Below, piece by piece: positions 40,598 through 49,689 of a stretch of 64,000 nucleotides of DNA (its first letter is position 1; every line of letters starts with the position of its first letter). Under the pieces are notes generated by a model. The model saw only the letters and a program-made list of their open reading frames with translations, was not told the origin of the DNA and searched no databases. Origin of the DNA: Octopus sinensis. Lineage: Eukaryota. A program made the translations under genes and the position numbers. The DNA is taken from assembly GCF_006345805.1 (NCBI RefSeq), contig NC_043022.1, forward strand, positions 14,942,001 to 15,006,000. The letters are read 5' to 3'.

Positions 40598-43500
40598 AGT
40601 GATTGTGATGATGGTGACAATGATGATGATGATGATGATGATGATAGTGATTGTGATGATGTGACAATGATGATGATAATGATGATGATGATGATGATGA
40701 TGATGATAGTGATTGTGATGATGGTGACAATGATGATGATGATGATGATGATGATGATAGTGATTGTGATGATGGTGACAATGAGATGATGATGATGATG
40801 ATGATGATGATGATATGATATGATTGTGATGATGGTGACAATGATGATGATGATGATGATGTGATGATGATGATGATAGTGATTGTGATGATGGTGACAA
40901 TGATGATGATGATGATGATGATGATAGTGATTGTGATGATGGTGACAATGATGATGATAATGATGATGATGATGATGATGATGATAGTGATTGTGATGAT
41001 GGTGACAATGATGATGATGATGATGATGATGATAGTGATTGTGATGATGTGACAATGATGATGATGATGATGATAGTGATTGTGATGATGGTGACAATGA
41101 TGATGATAAGATGATGATGATGATGATGATGATAGTGATTGTGATGATGGTGACAATGATGATGATGATGATGATGATGATAGTGATTGTGATGATGGTG
41201 ACATGATGATGATAATGATGATGATGATGATGATGATGATGTGATTGTGATGATGGTGACAATGATGATGATAATGATGATGATGATAGTGATTGTGATG
41301 ATGGTGACAATGATGATGATAATGATGATGATGATGATGATGATGATAGTGATTGTGATGATGGTGACAATGATGATGATGATGATGATGATGATAGTGA
41401 TTGTGATGATGGTGACAATGATGATGATAATGATGATGATGATGATGATGATGATAGTGATTGTGATGATGGTGACAATGATGATGATGATGATGATGAT
41501 GATAGTGATTGTGATGATGGTGACAATGATGATGATAATGATGATGAGATGATGATGATGATAGTGATTGTGATGATGGTGACCATGATGATATAATTGA
41601 TGATGATGATTGTGATGATGATAGTTGATTGTGATGATGGTGACAATGATGATGATGATGATGATGATGATAGTGATTGTGATGATGGTGACAATGATGA
41701 TGATAATGATGTGATGATGATGATGATGATTAGTGATTGTGATGATGGTGACAATGATGATGATGATGATGATGATGATAGTGATTGTGATGATGGTGAC
41801 AATGATGATGATAATGATGATGATGATGATGATGATGATAGTGATTGTGATGATGGTGACAATGATGATGATGATGATGATGATGATAGTGATTGTGATG
41901 ATGGTGACAATGATGATGATAATGATGATGATGATGATGATGATGATAGTGATTGTGATGATGGTGACAATGATGATGATGATGATGATGATGATAGTGA
42001 TTGTGATGATGGTGACAATGATGATAATAATGTTGATAATGGTGACAACAATTAGAATGTTTTCATATTAAATTCACAATGCTGACATGTTTCATCTTTC
42101 TTTTATTCTTCCCCGACATCCACAGCACATAGTATTCAGCACATTTAAACTCATTGATTTTGCGGTACCGGATGTACCAGAAAGCCTGGAACAGAAGATC
42201 AAGAGAGAACGGTACCTTGCGAAACAGGCGCTAGCAGACACTGATACAATGTTTAAGGTAAGGCCCCTTCTGGTCCTCCTATTTTCACAGACCTTGTTTT
42301 CCGTTTGGTTCCCTTATCCCCGGTTTGATGTAGATGTCTTAGCTCAGTGGTTCTAAACTGGGGTCCACGTAAGATTTTCTGGTTAAAATTTATAATTTAT
42401 GTGCAATAAAATTGGTTCCACTTCCTCAATACACCAAATATTTTTGCAATTTTTTAATATAATTCTTAATAACATCTAATTATGGACACTGGTGTGGCTG
42501 TGTGGTAAGAAGCTTGTACAATCACAGGTTCTCTTTCAGGATTCCAGAAAGGCAATTTATCGCATTCCTGGCAAGCCACATGTGGTGCCCCAGAAATTAA
42601 GGCATCCCATAGGACATCAAGTGGTGGCGAGCTGGCAGAAACGTTAGCACACCAGGCGAAATGCTTAGCGGTATTGCGTCTGTCGTTGCGTTCTGAGTTC
42701 AAATTCTGCTGAGGTCGACTTTGCCTTTCATCCTTTTGGGGTCGATAAATTAAGTACCAGTTACGCACTGGGGGTCGATGTAATCGACTTAATCCGTGTG
42801 TCTGTCCTTGTTTGTCCCCTCTATGTTTAGCCCCTTGTGGGCAATAAAGAAACAGATATCAAGTGGGGGATCATAGAGCAGCTGGGAACCTATATTAATG
42901 GGAGGAGACACTGCATGTTTCGCATAGCTGAGTGAGCAAGGATCCTCAAAGATTCCTTGAAACCAGGATTACTGAACTCACGGCAAGAAATTTACAGCTC
43001 TTGCAGCCATTTCAAATGCTATCTGCTGCAAACATGGGATTCCCCATTCATTGATTAGATCTGAAAAGGTCCTTATGAGCTTAAACCAACCTATGGGTGA
43101 AATTCCCAGTTCCCCCCTTTTTCATATTTGCTGGTAGTTTACAAGTGTAAATTTGCGAAGATACGAAAGTAACACTTGTTTGTGATGTGCGGCGAATTTA
43201 TGGAAAGAAGTCCCAAAAATCTCAACGATTTAGTTTAAAATGGAGAAGACCAAGTTGTTAAAATATATAAGGGAATTTTAATTTTAATTCATGCAGCAGA
43301 TAATTGTTTCGTACAGGGATATAAAAATTCATGATTGAATTGAATTAGATTAAATTAATTTAATTAAATATATTTTAACAAATTGTCTTCTCCATTTTAA
43401 ATTAAATTGAAGAGTTTTATTGGACTTCTTTCCATAAATTCGCCACACATCATATATGGTAGCCACTACACACATTTTTTTCTCTCCTTGTTTTTGCTGT

Positions 43501-43786
43501 CTCCCTTTCTGTATAAGAGCGTAGGCTCAAAACGTAAAAGACTTTTTCTATTCCTGAGCATTATACTAATACATCTGTTTGTTTTGTACATCACCTGTCT
43601 TCATCTTTTGTTTCTTTCGTAAACTCTCCCTATATATATAGGGAGAGTGAGAGAGGGAGAGATAAAGACATATATTTATATTTATATATTCGTATTTATT
43701 TCTATTCCCAGTTTTCAAACAGAGACGAAGAAGATGGCATGGAAGCAACACCGACAGGAGCCACGTCCGCAAACAAAGCTTTGTAA
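2160..43786 (+). CDS. ANO7-like: Anoctamin / TMEM16 family gene (ANO7-like), 3' portion: 13 coding exons join(2160..2326,5057..5139,5925..6062,6737..6932,8511..8622,9691..9745,11140..11237,13420..13544,14430..14635,17602..17735,19866..19956,42126..42257,43712..43786); 5' exons outside the window
   Basis: Exons were spliced by hand. All phases are compatible: 1612 nt = 1 carry-over base + 537 codons including the stop. The product has hallmark anoctamin motifs: [155 protein letters not shown]. The ANO7-like assignment rests on remembered similarity, not a search. Confidence 0.95.
2523..3757. mobile_element. Five tandem copies (~252 bp period) of a ~222-bp TTAA-flanked MITE (piggyBac-like)
   Basis: TTAA-CCCTTTCATTACC ... 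GGTAACGAAAGGG-TTAA termini. Copies start at 2527, 2779, 3032, 3281 and 3532, separated by the same ~20-nt spacer GAATTGTTTCTCTATTATATAT(T). Confidence 0.85.
4070..4357 (-). mobile_element. tRNA-derived SINE, family 2 head with tail type a
   Basis: Minus strand: GGCACGTGGCCTAGTGGTTAGAGCAGCGGACTCGCGG (box A-like) and GGGTTTGAATCTC (box B-like). The head is shared with the copy at 12505-12892. Confidence 0.75.
4511..4925 (+). mobile_element. SINE family 1 dimer (head+body, then a second headless body) with a 16-bp target-site-like duplication
   Basis: GAGCTGGCAGAAACGTTAGC head, GAGTTCAAATTCC box B, central GCCTTTCATCCTTTCGGGGTCGAT domain. Direct repeat GGTAATATATATTCTA at 4488-4503 and 4925-4940. 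Confidence 0.85.
5057..5139 (+). CDS. ANO7-like: Anoctamin exon B ([28 protein letters not shown])
   Basis: ctacag| acceptor, |gtttgt donor, FLEYWKRK motif. Confidence 0.93.
5181..5632. repeat. (GT)n / GTGCATGCTT compound microsatellite
   Basis: Read directly. Confidence 0.95.
5925..6062 (+). CDS. ANO7-like: Anoctamin exon C (ERPRPAY...VIIVLM)
   Basis: ctccaag| acceptor, |gtaagt donor, 46 codons, NPITG.KEP motif. Confidence 0.95.
6737..6932 (+). CDS. ANO7-like: Anoctamin exon D (ICLVLVF...SLTQW); TM3-TM4
   Basis: ttccag| acceptor, |gtaagt donor. Confidence 0.95.
7455..7637. mobile_element. Partial dispersed copy of the same TTAA-MITE
   Basis: Shares the internal sequence (AAATAACTTAGTTATCATTCAGCTAG...) and ends GAAAGGGTTAA. 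Confidence 0.75.
7700..8080 (-). pseudogene. Decayed Tc1-like transposase, N-terminal HTH region
   Basis: Minus-strand translation [44 protein letters not shown]...[34 protein letters not shown]...[14 protein letters not shown]; contains stops and a frameshift. Confidence 0.75.
8511..8622 (+). CDS. ANO7-like: Anoctamin exon E ([38 protein letters not shown]); TM5
   Basis: ttccag| acceptor, |gtaagt donor. Not in the ORF track; found by reading the sequence. Confidence 0.95.
9691..9745 (+). CDS. ANO7-like: Anoctamin exon F ([19 protein letters not shown])
   Basis: ccctag| acceptor, |gtgagt donor, FVGYPG motif. Confidence 0.95.
10490..10575 (+). pseudogene. Helitron/PIF1 helicase fragment ([17 protein letters not shown])
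   Basis: Matches the RQFPV..AFAMTINKSQG motif of PIF1-like helicases. Confidence 0.7.
10704..10900 (-). pseudogene. Helitron/PIF1 helicase fragment ([43 protein letters not shown])
   Basis: Classic [16 protein letters not shown]....LCNGTRL motif. Confidence 0.85.
11140..11237 (+). CDS. ANO7-like: Anoctamin exon G ([33 protein letters not shown]); TM6
   Basis: ttgcag| acceptor, |gtgagt donor. Confidence 0.95.
11520..11935 (-). mobile_element. SINE family 1 dimer
   Basis: Reverse complement of the 4511 element, with the same internal junction. Confidence 0.85.
12505..12892 (-). mobile_element. tRNA-derived SINE, family 2 head with tail type b
   Basis: Minus strand: GGAGGCGCAATGGCCCAGTGGTTAGGGCAGCGG (box A) and GGTTTCGATTCCC (box B); the 3' half differs from the 4070-4357 copy. 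Confidence 0.8.
12997..13212 (+). mobile_element. SINE family 1 monomer (further copies at ~10305-10450, 12310-12440, 42625-42855, 49055-49270, 50308-50505, 51325-51530, 57205-57438, 57590-57755)
   Basis: Same box B and central domain in each copy. Confidence 0.85.
13420..13544 (+). CDS. ANO7-like: Anoctamin exon H ([10 protein letters not shown]...[11 protein letters not shown])
   Basis: ttccag| acceptor, |gtacgc donor, [10 protein letters not shown] motif; phase 2 in, phase 1 out, fitting both neighbours. Confidence 0.9.
13560..14390. repeat. (CCT/CT)n tract followed by a (GT)n and (AAGAATA/AAGAATAA)n array filling intron 8
   Basis: Read directly. Confidence 0.9.
14430..14635 (+). CDS. 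ANO7-like: Anoctamin exon I ([18 protein letters not shown]...LAVISN); TM7-TM9
   Basis: ttccag| acceptor, |gtaagg donor, NNWVEIRLD motif. Confidence 0.96.
15131..15165 (+). ncRNA. Degenerate minimal hammerhead-like motif, family H2
   Basis: GUUU-CCGACGA-A-GAGC(UCC)GCUC-AAA-ACGU-U-AAAC; stems intact, U4C and G12A changes. Confidence 0.45.
15374..15413 (-). ncRNA. Minimal type I hammerhead-ribozyme-like motif, family H1 (A6U core)
   Basis: Minus strand GUCUUU-CUGUUGA-A-GAGC(GUAG)GCUC-GAA-ACGU-A-AAAGAC: 6-bp stem I, 4-bp stem II, palindromic stem III, GUA site. Confidence 0.6.
15606..15915 (+). pseudogene. Penelope-like element (PLE) reverse transcriptase fragment
   Basis: [30 protein letters not shown]...[22 protein letters not shown]...[10 protein letters not shown]; PLE-type D(V)xxLYTNIP motif with the Asp degraded to Asn. 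Confidence 0.8.
15978..16395 (+). mobile_element. Non-autonomous Helitron/Helentron-associated element (HINE/DINE-1-like)
   Basis: Starts TACTAG...GCCCGGCGTTGCCCGGG, has a GTTTCATCACAATCGGTTG block and a subterminal (GACA)n tract, and sits in a TA-rich site. Confidence 0.55.
16500..17400 (-). pseudogene. Decayed mariner transposase
   Basis: QRWFQKF...[15 protein letters not shown] (WVPHEL-like), IARPHT (NARPH-like) and [16 protein letters not shown] (YSPDLAPSDY-like) motifs in broken frames. Confidence 0.85.
17602..17735 (+). CDS. ANO7-like: Anoctamin exon J ([18 protein letters not shown]...[17 protein letters not shown])
   Basis: ttgcag| acceptor, |gtcagt donor. Two N-glycosylation sequons (NFT, NGT) in the predicted extracellular loop. 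Confidence 0.94.
18125..18520 (+). mobile_element. SINE family 3 (CORE/MIR-like domain), near full length; other copies or fragments at ~5668-5740, 6375-6530, 7006-7060, 9840-10170 (-), 14845-15000, 42490-42525
   Basis: GGAGTGGCTGTGTGGTAAG head, GGGTTCAGTCCC box B, CTTGGGCAAGTGTCTTCT core-like block, internal (TG)n, and tail GGCGGTGCTCCAGCATGGCCGCGGTCAAATGACTGAAAC. Confidence 0.75.
18936..18991 (+). ncRNA. Hammerhead-like motif, family H3, with canonical core and atypical stem II; inverted copy at 7167-7222 (-)
   Basis: GUCU-CUGAUGA-[UGGAAUAUUCCA UACUCAGGGACAUCCUG]-GAA-ACAGCUGU-A-AGAC, within a ~240-bp dispersed repeat (18760-19000 / 7160-7400). Confidence 0.45.
19286..19652. repeat. Foldback inverted repeat with ~170-bp arms and a 24-nt loop, in intron 10
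   Basis: Arms 19286-19457 and 19482-19652 are near reverse complements, with a few mismatches and indels. Confidence 0.9.
19866..19956 (+). CDS. ANO7-like: Anoctamin exon K ([31 protein letters not shown]); TM10
   Basis: ttccag| acceptor, |gtaagt donor. Confidence 0.94.
20490..21545 (-). mobile_element. Two tandem 5'-truncated 3' ends of an R4/Dong-like (RLE-type) non-LTR retrotransposon
   Basis: Minus strand [58 protein letters not shown] motifs. Copy A (21545-20936) ends in (TAA)n; copy B (20900-20490) ends in (GAT)n. Confidence 0.8.
21743..42050. repeat. ~20.3-kb compound satellite: 27-nt core GATAGTGATTGTGATGATGGTGACAAT + variable (GAT)n, with or without AAT; commonest unit 48 bp
   Basis: Read directly. 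Roughly 350-420 units (estimate). It fills intron 11 (19957-42125). Confidence 0.98.
42126..42257 (+). CDS. ANO7-like: Anoctamin exon L ([44 protein letters not shown])
   Basis: ccacag| acceptor, |gtaagg donor, VPDVP...IKRERYL motif. Confidence 0.94.
43229..43406. mobile_element. Small MITE-like element with ~40-bp inverted repeats
   Basis: TTTAGTTTAAAATGGAGAAGACCAAGTTGTTAAAATATAT versus ATATATTTTAACAAATTGTCTTCTCCATTTTAAATTAAA. Confidence 0.55.
43505..43542 (+). ncRNA. Decayed hammerhead-like motif, family H1
   Basis: CUUU-CUGUAUA-A-GAGC(GUAG)GCUC-AAA-ACGU-A-AAAG; G8 and G12 are mutated. Confidence 0.4.
43712..43786 (+). CDS. ANO7-like: Putative terminal coding exon ([24 protein letters not shown])
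   Basis: Pyrimidine tract and ttcccag| acceptor; phase-0 open frame to TAA; AATAAA about 200 nt downstream. There is no conserved motif, so confidence is lower. Confidence 0.65.
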   Translation, partial: FSNRDEEDGMEATPTGATSANKAL

Positions 43787-43986
43787 CTGCCGCTACATAC
43801 TTTTGCTACAAATATCTTTATTTTAATACACCAAGACACACAACACACACACACACACACACACACACAATCAAAGACTGGAATTTACGGTGTTGTCTCT
43901 AATTCTTCAATTATGGTCATTTTCTCCACAGAACATGGGAAATACGTTCTTGAATATAAATATTGATTTTTTTTAATATGAATATC

Positions 43987-43992
43987 AATAAA
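43987..43992 (+). promoter_or_regulatory. Candidate polyadenylation signal AATAAA of the anoctamin gene
   Basis: AATAAA 200 nt after the stop codon, in AT-rich context. Confidence 0.4.
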
Positions 43993-44404
43993 TTCATAAT
44001 ATTATAATAATATATTTTTATTGCTGTAAACCATGTGAATTTCTTCAAAAGTAACAAAAATAATTAATATATATATATGTATGTATGTATGTCTGTATGT
44101 ATGTCTGTGTGTATGGTTCTAAGTATGTATATATAAATCTTGTTTCTTGCTCAAATTTTCCATTTATTATATCATTCTTTATCATTATTATTATTATTAT
44201 TATTATTGTTGTTGTTGTTGTTGTCGTTGTCGTTATCGAATGAGAGAGCAATACATACCACCTAGGTGACACTGGGGTGCAATATACGAAGCCAAGCCCA
44301 GCACAGCACGTGACCTACCCTTTCTGATAAGGGTACGCCAGGCACATGCATCGTGACCACATGTGCACAACATGGTGATCTCATAAACGGCACATGACTC
44401 TGCA

Positions 44405-47400
44405 GGTGGGTGCCCAGTTAGAACTTCCTTCAAGTTGAGTAGCCCCTTCTGCTCAAAAAGTCCCTGAAGGTGGGTGCCCAGTTAAAATTTCCTTCAAGTC
44501 GAGTAGCCCCTTCTGCTCAAAAAGTCCCTGAAGGTGGGTGCCCAGTTAAAATTTCCTTCAAGTCGAGTAGCCCCTTCTGCTCAAAAGATCCCTGATGGTG
44601 GGTGCCCAGTTAGAATTTCCTTCAAGTCGAGTAGCCCCTTCTGCTCAAAATCCCTGATGGTGGGTGCCCAGTTAAAATTTCCTTCAAGTCGAGTAGCCCC
44701 TTCTGCTCAAAATCCCTGATGGTGGGTGCCCAGTTAGAATTTCCTTCAAGTCGAGTAGCCTCTTCTGCTCAAAATCCCTGATGGTGGGTGCCCAGTTAGA
44801 ATTTCCTTCAAGTCGAGTAGCCCCTTCTGCTCAAAATCCCTGATGGTGGGTGCCCAGTTAAAATTTCCTTCAAGTCGAGTAGCCCCTTCTGCTCAAAATC
44901 CCTGATGGTGGGTGCCAGTTAGAATTTCCTTCAAGTCGAGTAGCCTCTTCTGCTCAAAATCCCTGATGGTGGGTGCCCAGTAGAATTTCCTTCAGTCGAG
45001 TAGCCCCTTCTGCTCAAAATCCCTGATGGTGGGTGCCCAGTAAAATTTCCTTCAAGTCGAGTAGCCCCTTCTGCTCAAAATCCCTGATGGTGGGTGCCCA
45101 GTTAGAATTTCCTTCAAGTCGAGTAGCCACTTCTGCTCAAAATCCCTGATGGTGGGTGCCCAGTTAAAATTTCCTTCAAGTCGAGTAGCCCCTTCTGCTC
45201 AAAAGATCCCTGATGGTGGGTGCCCAGTTAGAATTTCCTTCAAGTCGAGTAGCCCCTTCTGCTCAAAATCCCTGATGGTGGGTGCCCAGTTAAAATTTCC
45301 TTCAAGTCGAGTAGCCCCTTCTGCTCAAAATCCCTGATGGTGGGTGCCCAGTTAAAATTTCCTTCAAGTCGAGTAGCCCCTTCTGCTCAAAATCCCTGAT
45401 GGTGGGTGCCCAGTTAGAATTTCCTTCAAGTCGAGTAGCCACTTCTGCTCAAAATCCCTGATGGTGGGTGCCCAGTTAAAATTCCTTCAAGTCGAGTAGC
45501 CCCTTCTGCTCAAAAGATCCCTGATGGTGGGTGCCCAGTTAGAATTTCCTTCAAGTCGAGTAGCCCCTTCTGCTCAAAATCCCTGATGGTGTGCCCAGTT
45601 AAAATTTCCTTCAAGTCGAGTAGCCCCTTCTGCTCAAAATCCCTGATGGTGGTGCCCAGTTAGAATTTCCTTCAAGTCGAGTAGCCTTCTGCTCAAAATC
45701 CCTGATGGTGGGTGCCCAGTTAGAATTTCCTTCAAGTCGAGTAGCCCCTTCTGCTCAAAATCCCTGATGGTGGGTGCCCAGTTAAAATTTCCTTCAAGTC
45801 GAGTAGCCCTTCTGCTCAAAATCCTGATGGTGGGTGCCCAGTTAGAATTTCCTTCAAGTCGAGTAGCCTCTTCTTGCTCAAAATCCTGATGGTGGGTGCC
45901 CAGTTAGAATTTCCTTCAAGTCGAGTAGCCCCTTCTGCTCAAAATCCCTGATGGTGGGTGCCCAGTTAAAATTTCCTTCAAGTCGAGTAGCCCCTTCTGC
46001 TCAAATCCCTGATGGTGGGTGCCCAGTTAGAATTTCTTCAAGTCGAGTGTAGCCACTTCTGCTCAAAATCCCTGATGGTGGGTGCCCAGTTAAAATTTCC
46101 TTCAAGTCGAGTAGCCCCTTCTGCTCAAAAAATCCCTGATGGTGGGTGCCCAGTTAAAATTTCCTTCAAGTCGAGTAGCCCCTTCTGCTCAAAAAGTCCC
46201 TGAAGGTGGGTGCCCAGTTAAAATTTCCTTCAAGTCGAGAGCCCCTTCTGCTCAAAAAGTCCCTGAAGGGGGGGCCCAGTTAAAATTTCCTTCAAGTCGA
46301 GTAGCCCCTTCTGCTCAAAAGATCCCTGATGGTGGGTGCCCAGTTAGAATTTCCTTCAAGTCGAGTAGCCCCTTCTGCTCAAAATCCCTGATGGTGGGTG
46401 CCCAGTTAAAATTTCCTTCAAGTCGAGTAGCCCCTTCTGCTCAAAATCCCTGATGGTGGGTGCCCAGTTAGAATTTCCTTCAAGTCGAGTAGCCCCTTCT
46501 GCTCAAAATCCCTGATGGTGGGTGCCCAGTTAAAATTTCCTTCAAGTCGAGTAGCCCCTTCTGCTCAAAAAATCCCTGATGGTGGGTGCCCAGTTAAAAT
46601 TTCCTTCAAGTCGAGTACCCTTCTGCTCAAAAGATCCCTGAGGTGGGTGCCCAGTTAGAATTTCCTTCAAGTCGAGTAGCCCCTTCTGCTCAAAAAATCC
46701 CTGATGGTGGGTGCCCAGTTAGAATTTCCTTCAAGTCGAGTAGCCCCTTCTGCTCAAAAGATCCCTGATTGTGGGTGCCCAGTTAAAATTTCCTTCAAGT
46801 CGAGTAGCCCTTCTGCTCAAAAAACCCTGATGGTGGGTGCCCAGTTAGAATTTCCTTCAAGTCGAGTAGCCCCTTCTGCTCAAAAATCCCTGATGGTGGG
46901 TGCCCAGTTAAAATTTCCTTCAAGTCGAGTAGCCCCTTCTGCTCAAAAGATCCCTGATGGTGGGTGCCCAGTTAGAATTTCCTTCAAGTCGAGTAGCCCC
47001 TTCTGCTCAAAAAATCCCTGATGGTGGGTGCCCAGTTAGAATTTCCTTCAAGTCGAGTAGCCCTTCTGCTCAAAAGATCCCTGATGGTGGGTGCCAGTTA
47101 AAATTTCCTTCAAGTCGAGTAGCCCCTTCTGCTCAAAAAATCCCTGATGGTGGGTGCCCAGTTAAAATTCCTTCAAGTCGAGTAGCCCCTTCTGCTCAAA
47201 AGATCCCTGATGGGGGGTGCCCAGTTAGAATTTCCTTCAAGTCGAGTAGCCCCTTCTGCTAAAAAATCCCTGATGGTGGGTGCCCAGTTAGAATTTCTTC
47301 AAGTCGAGTGCCCCTTCTGCTCAAAAGATCCCTGATGGTGGGTGCCCAGTTAAAATTTCCTTCAAGTCGAGTAGCCCCTTCTGCTCAAAAAATCCCTGAT

Positions 47401-48424
47401 GGTGGGTGCCCAGTTAGAATTTCCTTCAAGTCGAGTAGCCCCTTCTGCTCAAAAGATCCCTGATGGTGGGTGCCCAGTTAGAATTTCCTTCAAGTCGAGT
47501 AGCCCCTTCTGCTCAAAAGATCCCTGATGGTGGGTGCCCTGTTAGAATTTCCTTCAAGTCGAGTAGCCCCTTCTGCTCAAAAAATCCCTGATGGTGGGTG
47601 CCCAGTTAGAATTTCCTTCAAGTCGAGTAGCCCCTTCTGCTCAAAAAGTCCCTGAAGGTGGGTGCCCAGTTAGAATTTCCTTCAAGTCGAGTAGCCCCTT
47701 CTGCTCAAAAAGTCCCTGAAGGTGGGTGCCCAGTTAAAATTTCCTTCAAGTCGAGTAGCCCCTTCTGCTCAAAAAGTCCCTGAAGGTGGGTGCCCAGTTA
47801 GAATTTCCTTCAAGTCGAGTAGCCCCTTCTGCTCAAAAGATCCCTGATGGTGGGTGCCCAGTTAAAATTTCCTTCAAGTCGAGTAGCCCCTTCTGCTCAA
47901 AAAATCCCTGATGGTGGGTGCCCAGTTAGAATTTCCTTCAAGTCGAGTAGCCCCTTCTGCTCAAAAAATCCCTGATGGTGGGTGCCCAGTTAAAATTTCC
48001 TTCAAGTCGAGTAGCCCCTTCTGCTCAAAAGATCCCTGATGGTGGGTGCCCAGTTAGAATTTCCTTCAAGTCGAGTAGCCCCTTCTGCTCAAAAAATCCC
48101 TGATGGTGGGTGCCCAGTTAGAATTTCCTTCAAGTCGAGTAGCCCCTTCTGCTCAAAAGATCCCTGATGGTGGGTGCCCAGTTAAAATTTCCTTCAAGTC
48201 GAGTAGCCCCTTCTGCTCAAAAAATCCCTGATGGTGGGTGCCCAGTTAGAATTTCCTTCAAGTCGAGTAGCCCCTTCTGCTCAAAAGATCCCTGATGGTG
48301 GGTGCCCAGTTAGAATTTCCTTCAAGTCGAGTAGCCCCTTCTGCTCAAAAGATCCCTGATGGTGGGTGCCCAGTTAGAATTTCCTTCAAGTCGAGTAGCC
48401 CCTTCTGCTCAAAAAATCCCTGAA
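44405..48424. repeat. 61-63-bp minisatellite, about 65 copies (GGTGGGTGCCCAGTTAGAATTTCCTTCAAGTCGAGTAGCCCCTTCTGCTCAAAAGATCCCTGAT)
   Basis: Read directly; very homogeneous. It is embedded in a dispersed repeat (44237-48510). Confidence 0.98.
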
Positions 48425-48524
48425 TAAGGTTTGTTTAAGGATGATGAACAAAGCACCTGTGTTTCCAGGTGTGACTTATTCAAGCCACAAAGATTTCCTC
48501 TTGTTATCATTATCATCATCATCA

Positions 48525-48556
<32 letters not shown>

Positions 48557-48747
48557 TTATTATTATTATTATGATAGACGTTGCACAGTATCCAATATCG
48601 TGAGGTTGATTGAAGATATTGTGTCTATTGGTGTGGTCTGTACTGTTTGTCAAGTCACAACAAGGACCTCGGACAGACACTACTTTACTGCAATATGCAT
48701 GCAGTTCCAAGTAATGCCGACTTTTGCAATGCATCTAGATTGTAGGG

Positions 48748-48944
48748 CAGTGCTTTTCAAACTTTTTGCTGGAGCGGAACCCCAAGGAAGCATTCCACTG
48801 GCTCGAGGAACCCCTGTGCAATAATTTGATAGTCTTATGCACACATATCTGCACAGGAGAATTAAAAATTATTGCCGATTTCAGCAGTTTTGTAACTTCT
48901 TGCGGAACCCTGAGGTTCCACGGAACCCTGGTTGAAAACCACTG
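48748..48944 (+). mobile_element. hAT-family MITE with 8-bp TSD TTGTAGGG
   Basis: TIRs CAGTGCTTTTCAA / TTGAAAACCACTG; TSD at 48740-48747 and 48945-48952. Confidence 0.9.
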
Positions 48945-49269
48945 TTGTAGGGTATCTCTAAGGTTTCCAGATGTTTCTTCAGGTTGGGTGGTATTATTTT
49001 TTATGATTATTATTATTATTATTATTATGATTATTATTATTATTATTATTATTGTTAAGGTGATGAGTTGGCAGAATCGATAGCATGCCAGGCAAAATGC
49101 TTAACGGTATTCCGCTTGTCATTACATTCTGAGTTCAAATTCCACTAAGGTCGACTTTGCCTTTCATCCTTTCAGGGTCGATTAAATAAGTACCAGTTAT
49201 ACACTGGGTTTGGTGTATTCGACTATCCCCTCCCTCAAAACTTCAGGCCCTGTGTCTTCAGTAGAAAGG

Positions 49270-49288
49270 ATTATTATTATTATTATTA

Positions 49289-49326
<38 letters not shown>

Positions 49327-49658
49327 TAGTATTTCACTTAGAAATTATTTATTTATATAAACATTAATCTTTCTTCTTCTTCTTCTTCTTTTTCTTCTTC
49401 TCCCATCTTTTTCCTCTTCTTCCTCTTTTCTTCTCTTCTCCCATCTCCCCCTCCCCTCCTCCTCCTCCTCCTTCTTTTCTTCTCTTCTTCCATCTCCTCC
49501 TCCTCCTCCTCCTTCTTCCCAACACACATCAGCTGGTCTGTGCATTTGTGTATGTGTATATGCGTGTGTGTGTGTGTGCGTGTGTGTGTGCACATCTAGG
49601 CCCTTCTCGTGCACACTTCCCTCCACCCATCCCTCCTATGCTCACTCACTCTCACTTA

Positions 49659-49689
<31 letters not shown>

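Noticed and set aside
21547-42071. Huge ORFs (up to 6128 aa) of poly-His/Ser/Ile on the minus strand and poly-Met/Asp on the plus strand; superficially like His-rich or acidic biomineral proteins
   Set aside because: (ATC)n has no stop codon in any frame, and all three minus frames are open with the frame wandering. The region is an intron bounded by canonical splice sites of the anoctamin gene.
44534-47262. ORFs MVGAQLKFPSSRVAPSAQ…
   Set aside because: They are translations of the 62-bp minisatellite; the unit length is not consistently a multiple of three.
21743-48424. CRISPR-like appearance of the constant-core satellite and the 62-bp array
   Set aside because: There are no unique spacers and no cas genes, and the context is eukaryotic.
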